The notes under the pieces were generated by a model. That model had not been told where the DNA came from and did not search any database. It saw only the letters and a list, made by a program, of their open reading frames with translations. A stretch of DNA of 64,000 nucleotides from Minisyncoccota bacterium (GTDB taxonomy: Bacteria > Patescibacteriota > Minisyncoccia > Phycocordibacterales > Phycocordibacteraceae), in the NCBI GenBank assembly GCA_041666305.1, contig JBAYHD010000001.1:91574-155573 (forward strand), in the 5' to 3' direction. The position numbers were made by a program, and so were the translations under genes. Positions 1 through 10,088 of the stretch are shown here, piece by piece; the stretch's first letter is position 1, and each line of letters begins with the position of its first letter.

Positions 1-123
1 GCAGACAAGCCGCATAAAAGGATCAAAGCGCGTGCACTTCTGGAAAAACTGGCGAATGAGCAACAGGGGACCAGGACGTTCCGCAAAGTGCAGTACGAAC
101 TCGAGCAGAGCATCGCTTCCTAA
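1..123 (+). CDS. 3' end of hypothetical protein (truncated by window edge)
   Basis: Open frame 1-120 (ADKPHKRIKARALLEK...EQSIAS), TAA at 121-123, followed by a strong hairpin. Confidence 0.55.
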   Translation, partial: ADKPHKRIKARALLEKLANEQQGTRTFRKVQYELEQSIAS

Positions 124-125
124 TT

Positions 126-176
126 GAAGAGGGCGAGCCGCAATTCATCGCGGCTCGCCCTTCTTGTTTTCTTTTT
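126..176 (+). terminator. Rho-independent terminator between convergent genes
   Basis: AGGGCGAGCCGC / GCGGCTCGCCCT stem followed by a T-rich tail. Confidence 0.8.
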
Positions 177-181
177 GCTTT

Positions 182-781
182 TTAGTTAAATACTTTGTCC
201 ACGAGGCCGTATTTCTTCGCTTCTTCGGACGTCATGAAGAAGTCGCGTTCCACGTCTTTCTCGATTTTTGCGAGCGGTTGGCCGGTGTTCTTCGAGAGTA
301 TCTTGTTCAGCACTGCGCGAAGTTTCAGAATCTGTTTCGCCGTAATTTCAATGTCGGTCGCCTGGCCTTCGGCGCCGCCGTGCGGCTGATGGATCATCAC
401 TTCGGCATTCGGAAGCGCATACCGTTTTCCTTTCTGGCCTGCAGAAAGCAGTATTGCAGCACCGGAAGCCGCCATACCGACGCATACGGTAGAGACATTC
501 GGCTTCACGTGATTCATCGTGTCCACCATCGCGAGCGTTGCGGTGACCGAGCCGCCCGGGGAATTGATATAGAGCGAAATATCTTTCTTCGGATCCTCCG
601 CTTCCAAAAAGAGAAGCTGGGCGATGACGAGATTCGCCACATCGTCATCAATAGGCCCGCCGAGGAATACGATGCGCTCTTTGAGCAAGCGCGAGTAAAT
701 GTCATAGGCGCGCTCGCCGAACTGGCTCTTCTCGATAACCATCGGGACAAGCATCGACGCACGCGGTTGGGTGTATTTCAT
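182..781 (-). CDS. clpP: ATP-dependent Clp protease proteolytic subunit
   Basis: [29 protein letters not shown] motifs. Confidence 0.97.
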   Translation of the reverse strand: MKYTQPRASMLVPMVIEKSQFGERAYDIYSRLLKERIVFLGGPIDDDVANLVIAQLLFLEAEDPKKDISLYINSPGGSVTATLAMVDTMNHVKPNVSTVCVGMAASGAAILLSAGQKGKRYALPNAEVMIHQPHGGAEGQATDIEITAKQILKLRAVLNKILSKNTGQPLAKIEKDVERDFFMTSEEAKKYGLVDKVFN

Positions 782-800
782 AGGTAGAAAGTTAAACAGG

Positions 801-1100
801 TCATTGGGTGACTGAGGTTTCTATAATTCCGCGATTTTCTGCGATGCGCTGACCCCATGCGTAGAAGGCACCGATGATGATCATAAGCATGATGATAACG
901 ATAGAGATGACGACGCCCCACTGTTGCTGTTTTGCCGACGGTACGCCGGGCAAAGAAGCGGCGGGAGAAACGGTCTTTTCTTTGCTGATTTCCTCTTTTA
1001 TTTCATCCAGTTTCTCCTCGATGCGCGCCTCCGCAACCTCCGGGGGAGGATTGAGATGCATTGTCGGTTCGCCCAAGGGGAGCATTTTTTCGTTTTCCAT
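801..1100 (-). CDS. hypothetical single-pass membrane protein
   Basis: 99 aa ORF in operon between ppa and clpP, one C-terminal hydrophobic helix. Confidence 0.75.
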   Translation of the reverse strand: MENEKMLPLGEPTMHLNPPPEVAEARIEEKLDEIKEEISKEKTVSPAASLPGVPSAKQQQWGVVISIVIIMLMIIIGAFYAWGQRIAENRGIIETSVTQ

Positions 1101-1102
1101 AC

Positions 1103-1621
1103 TTATTTTTTATCAGCGTACATTTTCCGTGCTCGCTCAAATGCCGCTTCGGCCGCTGCCTTGCCTTCATATTCGCCGACCGTCACTTCTTTGTTTTGCA
1201 ATTTCTTGTAGGTAACGAAGAAGTGCTCGATTTCCTTTAGGTTGTGCTTGTTGAGGTCCGCGAGATCCTTGATATCCGCAAAACGCGGGTCGTCCGCAGG
1301 AACCGCGATTACTTTCTCGTCCGCCTCGCCGCCATCCACCATCGGAAGAATGGCGACCGGACGGGCGCGCACGAGCACGCCGGGAAAGAGCGGTACGGTG
1401 GTGAGCACGACGACATCGAGTGCGTCGCCGTCGTCCCAAAGGGTCTGCGGCACGAATCCGTAGTCGAACGGATACGTCTGTGCCGTGTGCAAGACGCGGT
1501 CGAGCGCGATCATGCCGGTTTTCTTATCAATCTCGTACTTGTTCTGTGAGCCGTGCGGAATCTCGATGATAACATTCATCTCTTCCTTCGTACCCGGATC
1601 AATATCGTGCAGTAAGTTCAT
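1103..1621 (-). CDS. ppa: inorganic pyrophosphatase (family I)
   Basis: IEIP...NKYE, YGFVPQT, DGDALDV, D-E-K motifs. Confidence 0.96.
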   Translation of the reverse strand: MNLLHDIDPGTKEEMNVIIEIPHGSQNKYEIDKKTGMIALDRVLHTAQTYPFDYGFVPQTLWDDGDALDVVVLTTVPLFPGVLVRARPVAILPMVDGGEADEKVIAVPADDPRFADIKDLADLNKHNLKEIEHFFVTYKKLQNKEVTVGEYEGKAAAEAAFERARKMYADKK

Positions 1622-1640
1622 AGATATAAATTAGCAAAGT

Positions 1641-1704
1641 TAGGCGCTAGGCGCTAGGCTTTAGCGAATTCCAACTAGTGCCTAGCGCCTGTCCGAGTGC
1701 CTAG
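1641..1704. repeat. heptamer (TAGGCGC)n...(GCGCCTA)n inverted repeat array, copy 1
   Basis: taggcgctaggcgctaggctttag ... ctagtgcctagcgcctgtccgagtgcctag; related arrays at 9259, 43792, 49250. Confidence 0.8.
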
Positions 1705-3069
1705 TTACTCGTCCGTTGCTTTGTCGCGGTCTTCCTCTTTGTCGGCGACGGTCTCGTCACTTGCGGGAAGTTCTGTAAGTTCCTCTTCAGCCGGAAGTTC
1801 AGTGACCTCTGGAGCCGCGTTCTCAACAGTTTCAATGCTCTCGGTCGGCATAACGCCAGCCTCTTCAGCGGGAGTTTCCTCGACCGGCGCCATCGCGACC
1901 GTCTCCCCGTCGGACTCCGCGACTTCTGAACCGCCGGTGGAGACGATGTCGATATTCCAACCGGTGAGCTTCGCCGCGAGCCGTACATTCTGTCCGCCAC
2001 GACCAATGGCGAGCGATTGCTCGTCTTCGGCAACCGTTACTGTCGCGCGATGATCGGCTTCATCAAGCACCACTTCGATCGGCGTGGCGGGGGAGAGTGC
2101 TTCCTTCACGAACTCTTTTGCATCGTCGTTCCATTCAATGATGTCGATGCGCTCGCCGCCGAGCTCGCTCATAACCGTGGAGACGCGGACCCCGCGCTGG
2201 CCGACAAGAGAACCGACGGGGTCCACATGGGGATCGGTAGAAGCGAGAGCGATCTTTGTGCGACTGCCCGGTTCGCGCGCAAGCGCCTTCACTTCTATCG
2301 CGCCGCTCGCGAGTTCCGGTGCCTCCATTTCAAAAAGCTTCACGACGAACTTCGGATGCGCGCGGGAAAGGCGCAGGTACACGCCGCGGAAACCTTCGTC
2401 CACTGCATACAAGTACGCGCGAATGCGCTCGCCCATGCGATACCGCTCGCCCGGGATTTGCTCCTCGTAAGGAATGATGCCGGTCGTACGGCCGAGGTCC
2501 ACGAATATCGCCCCGCGCTCCATGCGCTGCACGATGCCCGAGACTATCTGGCCTTTTTTCTCCCCGAATTCTTCCATCATAGAGAGCTTTTCAGCCTCAC
2601 GAACCTTCTGGATGACCACTTGCTTTGCGGTTTGCGCCGCGATGCGGCCGAAATCATCTTGCGGTTCGAGCGGGAAAATAATTTCTTCACCCACGGTGGC
2701 GCCGCGCTTGATGAGTTTCGCGTTCTCAAGAAGGATGTGCTTTTCCGTGTCAAAACGGGGCAATTCTCCCTCGGCGAGCTGCTCTTCGTCCGTATGATAG
2801 CCGTGCGCGTGCGCGTGTTCTTCCGGAATTTCCTCGCCTTCGACAGGGAAACGCACCGTCGTGTCGTCCACAACGGTTTTTACTTGTTCAAAGGAGATGG
2901 TGCCGGTGTTGAGATCGAGCTTCGCATGAACGACTTGTCCGCGCTTGCCGTATTCGCGCTTGTAGGCAGTGGCCATTGCGCTTTCTATGGCTTCTATCAT
3001 CGTGTCGCGGCTGATGCCCCGATCCTCGAACTCCCCGAGCACTGCATTGATTGTTTTGAGGTCTATCAT
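1705..3069 (-). CDS. nusA: transcription termination factor NusA with acidic C-terminal tail
   Basis: FGRIAAQTAKQV, AREPGSRTKIA, AIGRGGQNVRLA; start re-assigned to MIDLK at 3069. Confidence 0.96.
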   Translation of the reverse strand: MIDLKTINAVLGEFEDRGISRDTMIEAIESAMATAYKREYGKRGQVVHAKLDLNTGTISFEQVKTVVDDTTVRFPVEGEEIPEEHAHAHGYHTDEEQLAEGELPRFDTEKHILLENAKLIKRGATVGEEIIFPLEPQDDFGRIAAQTAKQVVIQKVREAEKLSMMEEFGEKKGQIVSGIVQRMERGAIFVDLGRTTGIIPYEEQIPGERYRMGERIRAYLYAVDEGFRGVYLRLSRAHPKFVVKLFEMEAPELASGAIEVKALAREPGSRTKIALASTDPHVDPVGSLVGQRGVRVSTVMSELGGERIDIIEWNDDAKEFVKEALSPATPIEVVLDEADHRATVTVAEDEQSLAIGRGGQNVRLAAKLTGWNIDIVSTGGSEVAESDGETVAMAPVEETPAEEAGVMPTESIETVENAAPEVTELPAEEELTELPASDETVADKEEDRDKATDE

Positions 3070-3093
3070 ATGGATTGTGTATGTCGCACTTTT

Positions 3094-3156
3094 ATAAAGA
3101 AAGCCCCGAAAGGGCATCTGTGGGGGGAAGTATACCAGACACCCCCTGCTCGTCAA
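3094..3156 (-). promoter_or_regulatory. nusA promoter (TTGACG-N16-TATACT) followed by terminator-like leader hairpin
   Basis: Minus strand: TTGACG agcagggggtgtctgg TATACT ... GCCC-TTTC-GGGGC TTTCTTT. Confidence 0.65.
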
Positions 3157-3164
3157 TGGCGGAT

Positions 3165-3190
3165 AAAAACGCCGCCCCCGAAGGAGCGGC
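3165..3190 (-). terminator. terminator of orphan 3212-3718
   Basis: Minus strand GCCGCTCC TTCG GGGGCGGC GTTTTT. Confidence 0.75.
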
Positions 3191-3211
3191 TGTATAAGGC
3201 CTTCCGGCCGC

Positions 3212-3718
3212 TTACTGGCGGGACGCCGGTTCCGGATGCCTGAACCTTTCGACGTTCGGCAAGACGTCATCCGACATGGCAAAGGTGACGTCTCTGGTCC
3301 TGGTTTCGGCCCTCTTCACTTCGGCGGGATTGAAGAGATCGCCGTTCTTGGCTTCGACCTTTTCTCGGCCGATGGCCCAGCCCTTGTAGAATTTGTAGTC
3401 CGTGTGGCCGATGAGCTCGGGATACTGGATCCACACTTCAACGTTGAGGGTCGCCGTTATGACTTGCAGAATTTCGTTTTCCATCTGCCAGTACACGCTC
3501 TCCCTTCCGTTTTTTGCGGCGATCCGCTCGCAGTCCTCTTGTCCCATATGCTGCAGGGCGCGAAGGCGCCGAATCCTACTCAGAACCAATTCCTCGAGGA
3601 CCTCGTCATTCGGTCCGCATTCCCGCAAAGGAACCCTGCTCAGATGTTCCTCGGTCATGGTTTTTCGGCGGTGATCTACTTCAGCCGTAACGCCGTACAT
3701 CTGAATTCTATTCTTCAT
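3212..3718 (-). CDS. orphan hypothetical protein (SD-led)
   Basis: 168 aa ORF, GGAAGG upstream, own terminator; no recognisable motif. Confidence 0.7.
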   Translation of the reverse strand: MKNRIQMYGVTAEVDHRRKTMTEEHLSRVPLRECGPNDEVLEELVLSRIRRLRALQHMGQEDCERIAAKNGRESVYWQMENEILQVITATLNVEVWIQYPELIGHTDYKFYKGWAIGREKVEAKNGDLFNPAEVKRAETRTRDVTFAMSDDVLPNVERFRHPEPASRQ

Positions 3719-3867
3719 TTTCTTACCCTTTCCAAAAAGTTGAAGGATCTAGGCACGAACTGCACCTAAACTAGGTATAACGAGAGAATCATTCTTCTGC
3801 AAGTTTTCCAGCGATGTGTGTGAAATGCGCCGCCGAGGGCGCGTGGACGCGCTATACTAATGAACAT

Positions 3868-5616
3868 ATGCACGTTTCGGAAGGCGAGCTGAAAGAATTC
3901 ATTATTGATTCCGGCCTCGTCGCCAAAAAAGAGATCGATGCGGCGGACGAGGAGGCGAAGAAGAAAGGGCAGTCGCTTGGCGACGTGCTCGTATCGCGCG
4001 GTTCGCTTACCGAGGATGCACTGCGGCGCATTCAAGCCTATGTGCTCGGTATTCCGTTCGTCAATTTGAAGGACCACCGCATTCCCGTGGATGTGCTTTC
4101 GCTCATTCCGGAACCGATCGCCCGCACGCACAACATCATCGCGTACAAAAAAAGTCCGGACTCGCTTGAAGTGGCGATGCTCGATGTGGAAGACCTTGCT
4201 TCCATTGATTCGGTGCGCAAAAAGACCGGTCTCAAAATCTTATCGCGCCTCACCGACACCGAGAGTATCAAGTACGCGCTTCTGCAATATCAAAAATCGC
4301 TCAAGGATGAATTCGGCGACATCATTTCGACCGAAGCGGGCAAAATAAAAGTCATCGCGGAAGGCAACAAGGACCTTTCGGGCGACGACCTCAAAAAAAT
4401 GGCGGAAGATCTGCCCATCGTGCGCATCGTGGATACGCTCCTGCGCCACGCTATCGTGCAGGGCGCTTCGGACATTCATGTGGAACCGATGGAGAACGAA
4501 GTGGTCGTGCGGTATCGCATTGACGGCATTCTGCATGATGCGATGACCCTGCCAAAAGCCGCCGCCGCCGGTATTGTTGCGCGCATCAAAGTACTTTCCA
4601 ATTTAAAACTCGACGAAAAACGCCTCCCGCAAGACGGCCGCTTCAAAATGGAAACGGAAGCGGATCGCGTGTCGTTCCGCGTGTCCATACTGCCGACGTT
4701 CTTCGGCGAGAAGACCGTGATGCGCCTTTTGCGCGAGACCGGCGAAGGCTTCACTCTCGATGTGCTCGGCCTCCACGGCGAAAATATGGAGCGCATCCAT
4801 CATGCGCTCAAGCAGACCACCGGCATCATCCTCGTTTCCGGACCGACCGGTTCCGGAAAGACCACCACCCTGTACACGATGCTCGACATTCTCAACAAGC
4901 CGGACGTGAATATCTCGACCGTCGAAGATCCTATTGAATACCAAATGAAGCGCGTGAACCAAACGCAGGTGAATCCGCAGATAGGCTTCACGTTTGCGAA
5001 CGGGCTCCGCTCGCTCGTGCGCCAGGACCCGGACATCATCATGGTCGGCGAAATACGTGATAGCGAGACCGCATCGCTCGCTATCAATGCCGCGCTCACC
5101 GGTCACCTTGTGCTTTCCACCATCCACACCAACAGCGCCGCTGGTGCGATTCCGCGCCTCATTGATATGGGAGTGGAGCCGTTCCTTCTTGTGTCCACCA
5201 TCCGCGTCATCATCGGGCAGCGGCTCGTGCGAAAACTTTGCGAAGGAAAGGAAGCATATACGCTTGATGCGACCACACGCGCAAAAGTATCAAACGAAGA
5301 AAGTTTCAATTCTGCATTCAAGGCGCTCACGGATGAGAAGCTCGTGAAGGCGGGATCGACGCTTGATGATCTCTCATTCTATCGGCCGGTGCCGTCGCCT
5401 GAATGCGTTGACGGTTACAAGAGCCGCATCGGCATCCACGAAGTGCTCGCCGTGACGCCGACCATTCGCGACATCATTCTTCACTCAAGCACGAGTGACG
5501 CCATCGAAGCGCAGGCGAAGAAGGAAGGCATGCTCACGATGCTTGAGGACGGTCTCTACAAAGCCGCGCGCGGCATCACCAGCCTTGAAGAAGTGCTGCG
5601 CGCGATATCCGAATAA
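3868..5616 (+). CDS. pilB: type IV pilus assembly ATPase PilB / GspE family
   Basis: ASDIHVEP, PQDGRF, GPTGSGKTT, EDPIEY, RQDPDIIMVGEIRD, TGHLVLSTIH. Confidence 0.93.
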   Translation: MHVSEGELKEFIIDSGLVAKKEIDAADEEAKKKGQSLGDVLVSRGSLTEDALRRIQAYVLGIPFVNLKDHRIPVDVLSLIPEPIARTHNIIAYKKSPDSLEVAMLDVEDLASIDSVRKKTGLKILSRLTDTESIKYALLQYQKSLKDEFGDIISTEAGKIKVIAEGNKDLSGDDLKKMAEDLPIVRIVDTLLRHAIVQGASDIHVEPMENEVVVRYRIDGILHDAMTLPKAAAAGIVARIKVLSNLKLDEKRLPQDGRFKMETEADRVSFRVSILPTFFGEKTVMRLLRETGEGFTLDVLGLHGENMERIHHALKQTTGIILVSGPTGSGKTTTLYTMLDILNKPDVNISTVEDPIEYQMKRVNQTQVNPQIGFTFANGLRSLVRQDPDIIMVGEIRDSETASLAINAALTGHLVLSTIHTNSAAGAIPRLIDMGVEPFLLVSTIRVIIGQRLVRKLCEGKEAYTLDATTRAKVSNEESFNSAFKALTDEKLVKAGSTLDDLSFYRPVPSPECVDGYKSRIGIHEVLAVTPTIRDIILHSSTSDAIEAQAKKEGMLTMLEDGLYKAARGITSLEEVLRAISE

Positions 5617-5617
5617 C

Positions 5618-6835
5618 ATGAAATTCCGCATTACGGTACGGAAAGAAGGGACGCCGGATGAAAAACGAACCATTGAGGCGTCATCGCGTTTTGATGTGTA
5701 TGAGCAAGTGCGGAATGAGGGCGGGTTTGTCACGGCGATCGAAGAGCTGCGCGGTTTTGGCCTGGGCGCACTTTCCCGTTTCAACATTTCCATCGGCACC
5801 GGCATCAAGCGCATGGAGATCATCCGGACCGCAAAAAACCTCTCCGCTATGCTCTCCGCCGGGCTTTCTATTTCCCGCGCGCTCTCGGTCATCGAACGGC
5901 AGTCGAGCAACAAGCATTTGAAAGCGATCGCCGTCGGCCTCGCGGAATCGATCAAAAAAGGCTCGTCATTCCACGAGGCGCTTGCGTTGCATCCGGATGT
6001 ATTCCCGGAAATATTCATCGCCATGGCGCGGGCAGGAGAGGAGTCGGGCTCTCTGGCGGACTCGCTCACCATTGTGGCACTCCAGATGGAACGCTCCGAA
6101 GAACTCATCCGCAAAATAAAAGGTGCGATGATCTATCCGGCTATCGTCATCACTGCGGTCATCCTCGTGGGCATCCTCATGCTCATTTATGTGGTGCCGA
6201 CATTGACCAGCACGTTCACTTCTCTCGGGGTGAAGATTCCGCTTGCGACGCGCGTCATCGTGGCGCTTTCAAATTTTATGGTGTCGAATGTAACGCTCGT
6301 GTTTGTTTCTTTGCTTGCGATCGTGGTCGGCGGCATTCTCTTCGTTCGTTCAAAAATCGGGAATCGGATCGTTCTCGCCGTCGCGCTTCATCTGCCGGTC
6401 ATCAATGAGCTCGTGCGCGAGACGTATACCGCGCGCGCTTCTCGTACGCTCTCCTCGCTTCTTTCCGCCGGCGTGCCGGTGCTTGATGCGCTTTCCATAA
6501 CCAAAGCGGTCGTGCATGCCGAATCATTTGCGAAAGTCGTCGCTGAGGCGGAAGCGCATGTGAAAAAAGGGGAATTGCTTTCCACTGCGTTCAGTGAACA
6601 TCCGAAGTTGTATCCGATCCTCATGAGCGACATGCTTGCGGTGGGGGAGGAGACCGGCAAAGTCGCCGAAATGCTGAAGCAGATAGCGGAATTTTACGAA
6701 GAGGATGTGGCACAAAAAACGAAAGACCTTTCAACCGTCATCGAACCGCTTCTTATGCTTGTTATCGGCGCGGCCGTCGGCATCTTTGCGGTCGCGGTGA
6801 TCTCGCCTATTTATCAGCTTTCGTCGGCTATCTAG
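5618..6835 (+). CDS. pilC: type IV pilus platform protein PilC / GspF family
   Basis: GEESGSL, AMIYP, GEETGK, IEP motifs and three TM segments. Confidence 0.93.
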   Translation: MKFRITVRKEGTPDEKRTIEASSRFDVYEQVRNEGGFVTAIEELRGFGLGALSRFNISIGTGIKRMEIIRTAKNLSAMLSAGLSISRALSVIERQSSNKHLKAIAVGLAESIKKGSSFHEALALHPDVFPEIFIAMARAGEESGSLADSLTIVALQMERSEELIRKIKGAMIYPAIVITAVILVGILMLIYVVPTLTSTFTSLGVKIPLATRVIVALSNFMVSNVTLVFVSLLAIVVGGILFVRSKIGNRIVLAVALHLPVINELVRETYTARASRTLSSLLSAGVPVLDALSITKAVVHAESFAKVVAEAEAHVKKGELLSTAFSEHPKLYPILMSDMLAVGEETGKVAEMLKQIAEFYEEDVAQKTKDLSTVIEPLLMLVIGAAVGIFAVAVISPIYQLSSAI

Positions 6836-6974
6836 TATGCCCGGTAGTACAACATGGCATCGTTTTTTTACTCCAAACTCCCGGATACGTCCGGACAGTT
6901 TAAAAGTCTCCACTGGTCATAAACATCTCTTCGCATTAGACACAAGGAGTAATGACATGTTGTCCTCACCGGGC

Positions 6975-7361
6975 ATGACCAGGCGCCTCGCTCGAGGATT
7001 CTCGCTCATCGAAGTCACCGTTGCTATCGGTATTATCGGCATGATGATACTTGCGACGAGCACGCTCTTGCAGCGGATTCCGGTAAGCGGGCGGGAAGTG
7101 CGCGATCAGGATCTCGCGCTCAAGATAGCGCGAAATGAGATAGAGACGCTGCGCGCCGGCGGCTATGACGTTTTGCCGGCAAGCGGTGCGTTCACGAATC
7201 CATTGTTGAATTCGCTCACCTCCGGTTCGGCATCCGTAACGATTGCTGTGTACGACGCGAAGACAAAGAGAGCCGATGTGAATGTGTCATGGACAGGAAA
7301 CGGTTCCGTCACACGTTCGGTTTTGCTCACCACGCTTATCACGCAAAACTCCGGCCTATGA
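6975..7361 (+). CDS. prepilin-type N-terminal cleavage/methylation protein (minor pilin)
   Basis: RGFSLIEV class III signal peptide. Confidence 0.88.
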   Translation: MTRRLARGFSLIEVTVAIGIIGMMILATSTLLQRIPVSGREVRDQDLALKIARNEIETLRAGGYDVLPASGAFTNPLLNSLTSGSASVTIAVYDAKTKRADVNVSWTGNGSVTRSVLLTTLITQNSGL

Positions 7362-7921
7362 TTAAGCGCGGATTCACTCTAATAGAGACGGTCGTCGTTA
7401 TCGCCATAAGCGTGATCGCACTTGCCGCACTCGTGAATCTTTTTCTTATTTTTAATACCACGTATGGGAATCAGCAGGCATTTATGGCCGCCGCCGGCTC
7501 CGCCGGCGGCACAATGAACGCACTCGAAGCAGCGATCATGCCCGCGGACCACGTGCTCACTTCGCACAATTTCAGCGGGACCACATATTCCTCAAATGCA
7601 TCGACCCTGGTACTCAGTCTTCCGGCAGTTAACAGCTCCGGAAATATCATTACGGGCACGGAGGACTACATCGTGTTTTATGCTTCTTCCGCCAATCTGT
7701 ATCGTTTGATCCAAGCGGGTGCCGGCAGCTCTCGCGTCTCCGGACTGAAGCAATTAAGTACGACGTTGAGTGCTCTCTCATTCACGTATGACGACGCCGA
7801 CTTTACGAAAGTCACGAACGTTACGGTCGATATCGTCACGCAGGCGCAATTCAAACAAGAAACGGTGCAAGGCCATCTGAATGAACAGATATATCTGCGT
7901 AACTTCCCCCTCACGCCATGA
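7358..7921 (+). CDS. prepilin-type protein (PilW-like minor pilin)
   Basis: KRGFTLIET class III signal peptide. Confidence 0.88.
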   Translation: MIKRGFTLIETVVVIAISVIALAALVNLFLIFNTTYGNQQAFMAAAGSAGGTMNALEAAIMPADHVLTSHNFSGTTYSSNASTLVLSLPAVNSSGNIITGTEDYIVFYASSANLYRLIQAGAGSSRVSGLKQLSTTLSALSFTYDDADFTKVTNVTVDIVTQAQFKQETVQGHLNEQIYLRNFPLTP

Positions 7922-9249
7922 ACCATTCTTTCTTCGTTCATTACAAAAAAGGCCAAATCATACTGCTCGCGCTCGTCCTCGCCGGAGTATTTGCGATGGT
8001 CTCCACTGCGCTCGTGGGATTCGTGAATTCGTACGGCCGCGCGGAGCGCGTAGCCGTCGCCTCTGCCCAAGCGCTCGCCATCGCCGAAGGCGCCCTGGAA
8101 AATACGATAGGGAAGTTGAACCAAAATCCCGCATACGCCGGAGAAACAAATACGGTACTCGGCGGCGGCACATTCACCGTTACGCTGACTACCATTGATA
8201 CCCAGACGAAACGAGTGACCGTGACCGCTTCGGTACCGAATAACACTACGCCGATGGCGACCAAGGTCATAAAGGCAAATGTCGGCATCAATAATTCCGC
8301 CATTTCTTTCCATTACGGCATCCAATCCGGCAACGGGGGATTTTTCATGGATAACAGTTCTCTGGTCCGAGGAAATGTATTCTCGAGCGGTTCGGTTATC
8401 GGTACAAGTCAAAATATGATTTATGGTGACGTCATTTCCTCCGGCGCGAGCGGACTCGTGTACGGCATCCATGCAACCAGCTCGGTCTATGCCCATAGTA
8501 TCGGGAATGCTTCTGAAAGCACTATCGTCGACAAAGATGCGTATTATGCCACCACCAAAACTAACACGACTGTGACGGGAACTTCGCATCCGGGCAGTCC
8601 CGATCAGCCGGTCGTAGACTTGCCAATATCGGACGATCAGATAAACCAGTGGGAGGAGACGGCGGCGGCCGGAGGAACAGTCACCTGTTCGGACGGTTCA
8701 TACAATATTTCTTCCGGAAGTGAGAGCCTTGGTCCGGTGAAAATTCCCTGTGACCTCGATATTAGCGGCAGCGCTGTCGTGACGATACAGGGCCATATAT
8801 GGGTGACCGGCAATATTGTAGTCCAAAATTCGGCTACGGTGAAAATGGATCCCGCCTTGGGAGCAACCAATGTGGCGATCATAGCCGACAACCCGGCCAA
8901 CCGGCTCACGAGTAGCACTATAAAAGTAAAAAATACGGCGACATTCGAAGACTCCGGGACGCCCGGTTCATTCGTTTTCCTGATTTCCCAGAACAATAGT
9001 GCTGAGACCGGCGGGAGCGAAGAGGCCTTTGAGTTAAGCAATAGTGCTTCGGCGCTGGTTGCCTATGCGGCGCACGGGCTTATTCCGCTTGAGAATACCG
9101 TTTCTCTGAAAGAAGCCACTGCGTACAAGATTCGTCTGAAAAACTCAGCGAACGTAACCTACGACAGCGGCCTGCCGAGCGCGGTATTCCAAACGGGTCC
9201 GGGCGGAAGTTGGAGTTTTGTGCCGGGCAGCTACGCCATAACGAGATAG
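7918..9249 (+). CDS. PilX-like minor pilin with beta-helical C-terminal region
   Basis: KKGQIILLALV, A..IAEGALE motif, Gly/Asn/Ser/Thr-rich beta repeats. Confidence 0.75.
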   Translation: MNHSFFVHYKKGQIILLALVLAGVFAMVSTALVGFVNSYGRAERVAVASAQALAIAEGALENTIGKLNQNPAYAGETNTVLGGGTFTVTLTTIDTQTKRVTVTASVPNNTTPMATKVIKANVGINNSAISFHYGIQSGNGGFFMDNSSLVRGNVFSSGSVIGTSQNMIYGDVISSGASGLVYGIHATSSVYAHSIGNASESTIVDKDAYYATTKTNTTVTGTSHPGSPDQPVVDLPISDDQINQWEETAAAGGTVTCSDGSYNISSGSESLGPVKIPCDLDISGSAVVTIQGHIWVTGNIVVQNSATVKMDPALGATNVAIIADNPANRLTSSTIKVKNTATFEDSGTPGSFVFLISQNNSAETGGSEEAFELSNSASALVAYAAHGLIPLENTVSLKEATAYKIRLKNSANVTYDSGLPSAVFQTGPGGSWSFVPGSYAITR

Positions 9250-9258
9250 GCCAGAGAT

Positions 9259-9330
9259 GCAGGCGCTAGGCTTTAGGCTCTAGGTCATTCCTACTAGTGC
9301 CTAGCGCCTGCCCGAGCGCCTAGTGCCTGC
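9259..9330. repeat. heptamer inverted repeat array, copy 2
   Basis: caggcgctaggctttaggctctagg ... ctagtgcctagcgcctgcccgagcgcctagtgcctg. Confidence 0.8.
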
Positions 9331-9342
9331 TACTATGTAGCA

Positions 9343-10086
9343 ATGCTCATTATTGCTAATTGGAAGGCGCACGTGGAAGAATTTGCGAAAGCAAAAAAGC
9401 TTTTTGCGCTTGCGAAGCGCCTTGTAAGCGGAACAAATGTCTCCATCGTGCTCGCGCCGCCGGCGCCGCTTCTCGGCGCGCTTGCAGTACGGAATAGGTC
9501 GGCGGTCGCATTTTCCGCGCAGGATGTGTCTCTCACGACCGGCGGAGCCCACACGGGCGAAGTAACCGCGCAAGCGTATGCGGCGGCGGGTGCCTCGTAC
9601 GCGATTCTCGGACACTCGGAACGGCGCGCAGCGGGAGACACCGACGCTATCGTCGCGGAAAAACTTGCCCATGCGCTTGCACATGGCCTTACTCCTATTC
9701 TTTGCGTCGGCGAGCAAGAACGGGATGGCGAAGGACGGTATCTCGCGGTGGTCCGTGAAGAACTGACGCTTGCATTCGGGTCTCTTACGCAAAAAGAGCG
9801 TTCAAAAATAATCGTCGCGTATGAACCGATTTGGGCGATAGGGAAGACCGCCGATGCCGCCATCAGACCGAATGACCTCGCTGAAATGGTGCTTTACATC
9901 CGCAAAGTGCTCGCGGAACTCTTGCCGGGGAAAAGTTCTTCGCATTCGCTCGTACTCTACGGCGGTTCGGTCGAACCGGAAAACATTCGCGCGCTCGCTG
10001 CGAGTTCAAGTGTCGACGGTTTTCTCGTCGGACATTCGGCGGATGATCCTCGTGTATTCTCACTGCTCGTAAAGCAGCTCGTCTGA
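9343..10086 (+). CDS. tpiA: triosephosphate isomerase
   Basis: ANWK, GAHTGEV, GHSERR, AYEPIWAIG, LYGGSV. Confidence 0.96.
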   Translation: MLIIANWKAHVEEFAKAKKLFALAKRLVSGTNVSIVLAPPAPLLGALAVRNRSAVAFSAQDVSLTTGGAHTGEVTAQAYAAAGASYAILGHSERRAAGDTDAIVAEKLAHALAHGLTPILCVGEQERDGEGRYLAVVREELTLAFGSLTQKERSKIIVAYEPIWAIGKTADAAIRPNDLAEMVLYIRKVLAELLPGKSSSHSLVLYGGSVEPENIRALAASSSVDGFLVGHSADDPRVFSLLVKQLV

Positions 10087-10088
10087 CA

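Noticed and set aside
1641-1704. Heptamer arrays as CRISPR
   Set aside because: No 25-40 nt repeats with unique spacers and no cas genes
2017-3243. 408-aa + strand ORF, and similar long antisense ORFs over clpP, virB4, polA and nusG
   Set aside because: Shadow frames opposite well-conserved genes, with no motifs of their own
3070-3282. N-terminal extension of NusA in the ORF track (also the extensions of pilB, pilC, dnaA, ruvC, rpmB, ruvX)
   Set aside because: Extensions cross promoters, terminators or other genes; homology begins at downstream ATGs that often follow a -10 box
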